From positions 209,498,001-209,562,000 of the forward strand of contig CM097885.1 of NCBI GenBank assembly GCA_044892525.1: a stretch of DNA of 64,000 bases, given 5' to 3'. This document shows, in pieces, positions 61,825-64,000 of this stretch. The translations under genes and the position numbers were made by a program. How positions within the stretch are numbered: the first letter of the stretch is position 1; each line of letters starts with the position of its first letter. The notes beneath the pieces are model-generated. The model had not been told where the DNA came from. It did no database searches and worked only from the letters and a program-made list of their open reading frames with translations. The DNA comes from Schmidtea polychroa. Its lineage: Eukaryota.

Positions 61825-64000
61825 ACTAGAATTTATTTTCGCATCCTAACTAGATTTTTGGGGTTCGTTTCCTTAACTTTTTGTTTAAAGGGCGATAAAA
61901 ACTAAATGTAACAGTTATAAGAAGTGACTACATAGAAAATTTTATTTTTAAGTTTTGTTTTGTTTTTTTGTACTGATATATCAAGTGGGCCTCAAGTTTG
62001 ACATATCTGATGTAAAATAATTAAATTTAATTTTCTGAGCAAATTTTTTATTTGTTATATCAACTCATTCATAACCAATTTTCCTAAAAGTAGTTTCAGT
62101 TTCTTCGGCATCTTGCGAACCAGATGACCAATAGAACAAGTGGCCCGAGATCGTGTGGCAGATGATCGAAGTTAATAAAAACTGAGTGGAAAGAACAAAG
62201 AGTATCCACATCTAATTAAAAAATGTCGCAAATGCAGCAAATTTCTCAAAGTTGGGAATACCACCTCGATCAGCTGACAATCATTGTAATTCAAAATAGT
62301 CCTAGTTGATCGTTTTAAGCATAAATCATGTTGTGCGAAGCAGAGTCAGTGATAAATAAAACGAGGGACCCATGGAAGCAGCACCCACGACATATATTTG
62401 TAATATTTCTATTAACATATTAGAAAGTGACAACAACTCGATTTAGAGGCTATTTTTTATCATAGGTATATTTCTAACAATGTGATGTAATTGCACTGTA
62501 ATATTTGATTTCACTGTCTATTATACCAAGTTAACTTTTATAATCAATGTGTATGAAAATCTACGTGTTTGACCGATTCCCTTGATTGTATGAATCCTTA
62601 GATTAGATCATTGTTGATTATTTACCCCACCGATTTACGTGCAACCGACACACATGTAATAAATTTTATTTTTATTGAATACGTCATGTACCAGAGTGAT
62701 TAATCTTGCTTACAAATTTAGGATTTATACAGTCTTAATGGATACAAAAAATTTAAATATTATAAAAACATTAACACAATTCATTAAAAACATGAAAAAA
62801 CAGCTTGCATTTTATAAAAATATTAAATATATTATAAATATATTAAACAAACATATTTTTAAAAAATAATCAAAAATTTAACATTTATCCAAACTAGAAT
62901 AAATCTTTTAGTAATCAAAAGCGTCCAAGAAACAATAGACACTTAGTCGATGATTATATACACTCGAAAACATGAAACACAAATGTGAAAAGCGAAAATA
63001 GTTATTTAACATATATAAACAATTGGATATAAGGCCTCCGTTTAAGAATTCTCCATTAAAATAATAACTGAGAATTGGAAGTATTTGGGAAATTTAAATA
63101 GTTATGGGTTATCTAAAATAAAAACCAAATTTAAATGAATTTCAAAATAAATGGTCAAAGTGTTCTGCCCATAGGAATGTTGTGATATTAATAAGATCGA
63201 TAGGAAATATTTCACTACAAAAATTGATTCCCAACAAAACAACACTGTTATTATATCAACGATAATTTAATTATCAATGTTATAAGCAGCATACACAGAA
63301 CACAATCCAAATAAAAACAGAAAAAGATTACTAAATCAGAGAGTCTGCCTAAGAGTTATAAAGGGGAAATCGCTAGCACGAAAGTACCTACTGACCGAGC
63401 GACGGCTATCTATCAATTACTTGAGAGCCGTTGTGAGATTACCACACGACTTCACTTTACAAATGTGCTGCCATTTAGCCATTATTTGTGTAATTCAAAT
63501 CACATACACTAGATGAGCCAACATTAAATTTCGGCTTTCATATTTTCGTGGAGGAACCCATTGTCTTAACAGGAACATACACCAAACACCACTGAAATAC
63601 GTTCTCTATAGTGGTGGTTGGCATGTACAGTAATTTTTCACTCATTAATTGCTTATCATTTATTTGTTCTGGAAATTTATTTAAGCCATTTTACAAATGG
63701 CTTTCAAGTAATTTTGTTTATTTGAACTAAATTTTAAGACTTGAATTTTGATCCATATGAGATATGAGATCATTATTCAACTTCTTAAATAAAATATTAC
63801 TTTTAATCAACAGTATAATTATAAATTATTTTTAATAAATTTTCAGGGACTTTTTATGAATTTTATGACATTTATCTTTAAGTATTTTGGAGTTATTTCG
63901 AAAAAATGTGAGTCAGATATATTTTTAATTATAACTAAATAAATCAATCACCAAAAATATGTATTCTTTTTAAATATTTTGGGAAAAATCGCCTATTATG

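Noticed and set aside
1-64000. Prokaryotic systems (CRISPR array, operon, defence island)
   Set aside because: There are no regularly spaced repeats with unique spacers. The genes have spliceosomal introns and animal orthologues.

Overview
Eukaryotic (animal) genomic DNA that is very AT-rich, uses the standard genetic code and has three assembly gaps. Three complete host genes can be rebuilt exon by exon with GT-AG, phase-consistent introns: a PPIL6-type cyclophilin (minus, 11592-19606), jagunal/JAGN1 (minus, 28639-34018) and holocarboxylase synthetase/biotin-protein ligase (plus, 40407-55495). There is also an orphan PDZ exon at the window start. Introns are either about 43-56 nt or kilobase-sized and filled with transposons; an invertebrate such as a planarian flatworm is plausible but is inference only. 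Most of the rest is nested mobile DNA: hAT elements and MITEs, pogo MITEs, a mariner relic, a piggyBac MITE, a full-length Zator, a deleted Gypsy and about 0.85-0.9 kb solo LTRs. The most unusual object is a 5,588-bp LTR-like unit (48953-54540; TGTTGGG...CCCACCA; exact CTTG target-site duplication splitting a hAT transposase). It has no recognisable gag or pol, but carries two GC-rich small ORFs (an AT-hook protein and a coiled-coil/basic protein), each behind a 3' splice site and followed by AATAAA. Near its 3' end is a multi-helix RNA structure conserved, with compensatory base changes, in three highly diverged copies in this window.
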